From Prochlorococcus sp. scB243_495D8 (lineage in GTDB: Bacteria > Cyanobacteriota > Cyanobacteriia > PCC-6307 > Cyanobiaceae): a DNA stretch of 64,000 nt. The notes beneath the pieces were generated by a model that saw only the letters and a list, made by a program, of their open reading frames with translations, searched no databases and was not told the DNA's origin. The stretch's first letter is position 1, and every line of letters starts with the position of its first letter. Shown here piece after piece: positions 63,923 to 64,000 of this stretch. The position numbers and the translations under genes are program-made. The stretch spans positions 148,858-212,857 of the forward strand of contig JFLT01000015.1 of the NCBI GenBank assembly GCA_000634195.1, read 5' to 3'.

Positions 63923-64000
63923 ATGTCAATTAAGGGTCTAATTCTATTCGATATAGATGGAGTTATTAGAGATGTTTCGAATAGCTATAGAATGTCAATT
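63923..64000 (+). CDS. HAD-superfamily hydrolase (TIGR01548-like), truncated by window edge
   Basis: MSIKGLILFDIDGVIRDVSNSYRMSI: HAD motif I DxDGV followed by RDV..SYR. Confidence 0.75.
   Translation, partial: MSIKGLILFDIDGVIRDVSNSYRMSI

Larger units (their letters stand above)
37400..64000. other. Hypervariable genomic island (left boundary approximate; continues beyond window)
   Basis: Switch to short, mixed-orientation genes with long AT-rich spacers; paralog duplication; partial tRNA scar at 61502-61547. Confidence 0.75.
61502..64000. mobile_element. tRNA-integrated element or remnant (tycheposon/satellite-like), extending beyond the window
   Basis: Partial tRNA at left border, tandem direct-repeat pairs at 61617-61689, TerS-like gene; no integrase in the window. 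Confidence 0.55.

Overview
Low-GC marine picocyanobacterial chromosome segment, most likely a high-light Prochlorococcus marinus. This rests on a cyanobacterial 16S/ITS, a lone degenerate cpeB with cpeS and no cpeA, PTOX, and very AT-rich, streamlined intergenic DNA. Bases 1 to ~37.4 kb are core genome: rub-ycf48-psbEFLJ, mtnP/selD, tRNA nucleotidyltransferase, uvrD, cpeB/cpeS, tRNA-Phe, metK, rpsA, nrdR, psbT-psbB, psbM, prmC, tsaC, tRNA-Thr(UGU), minCDE, ctpA, petBD, neutral invertase, a complete rRNA operon, mutM and psaE. From ~37.4 kb to the end is a genomic island of small genes (PTOX, divergent hli, tatA, bcp, arfB, pip, photolyase-like, tenA-thiD, many microproteins missed by the ORF track). 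It includes a 46-nt 3' half of tRNA-Thr(GGU), an att-like scar, next to 12-bp-period repeat pairs and a TerS-like gene (tycheposon/satellite-like remnant). Strongest unexplained signals: (i) a short recurring motif (TTAGTCGAA / CAGTCGATC / TTCGTAGATC) at the borders of small island genes, twice supplying the stop codon and once as an exact 15-bp repeat, suggesting a cassette-like recombination system; (ii) a ~300-nt highly base-paired non-coding element with its own terminator at 52.1-52.4 kb; (iii) LexA-type boxes in front of two small genes, one ending in a clamp-binding-like motif. No CRISPR array, integrase or transposase is visible. All family assignments come from motif recognition by eye; no searches were run.
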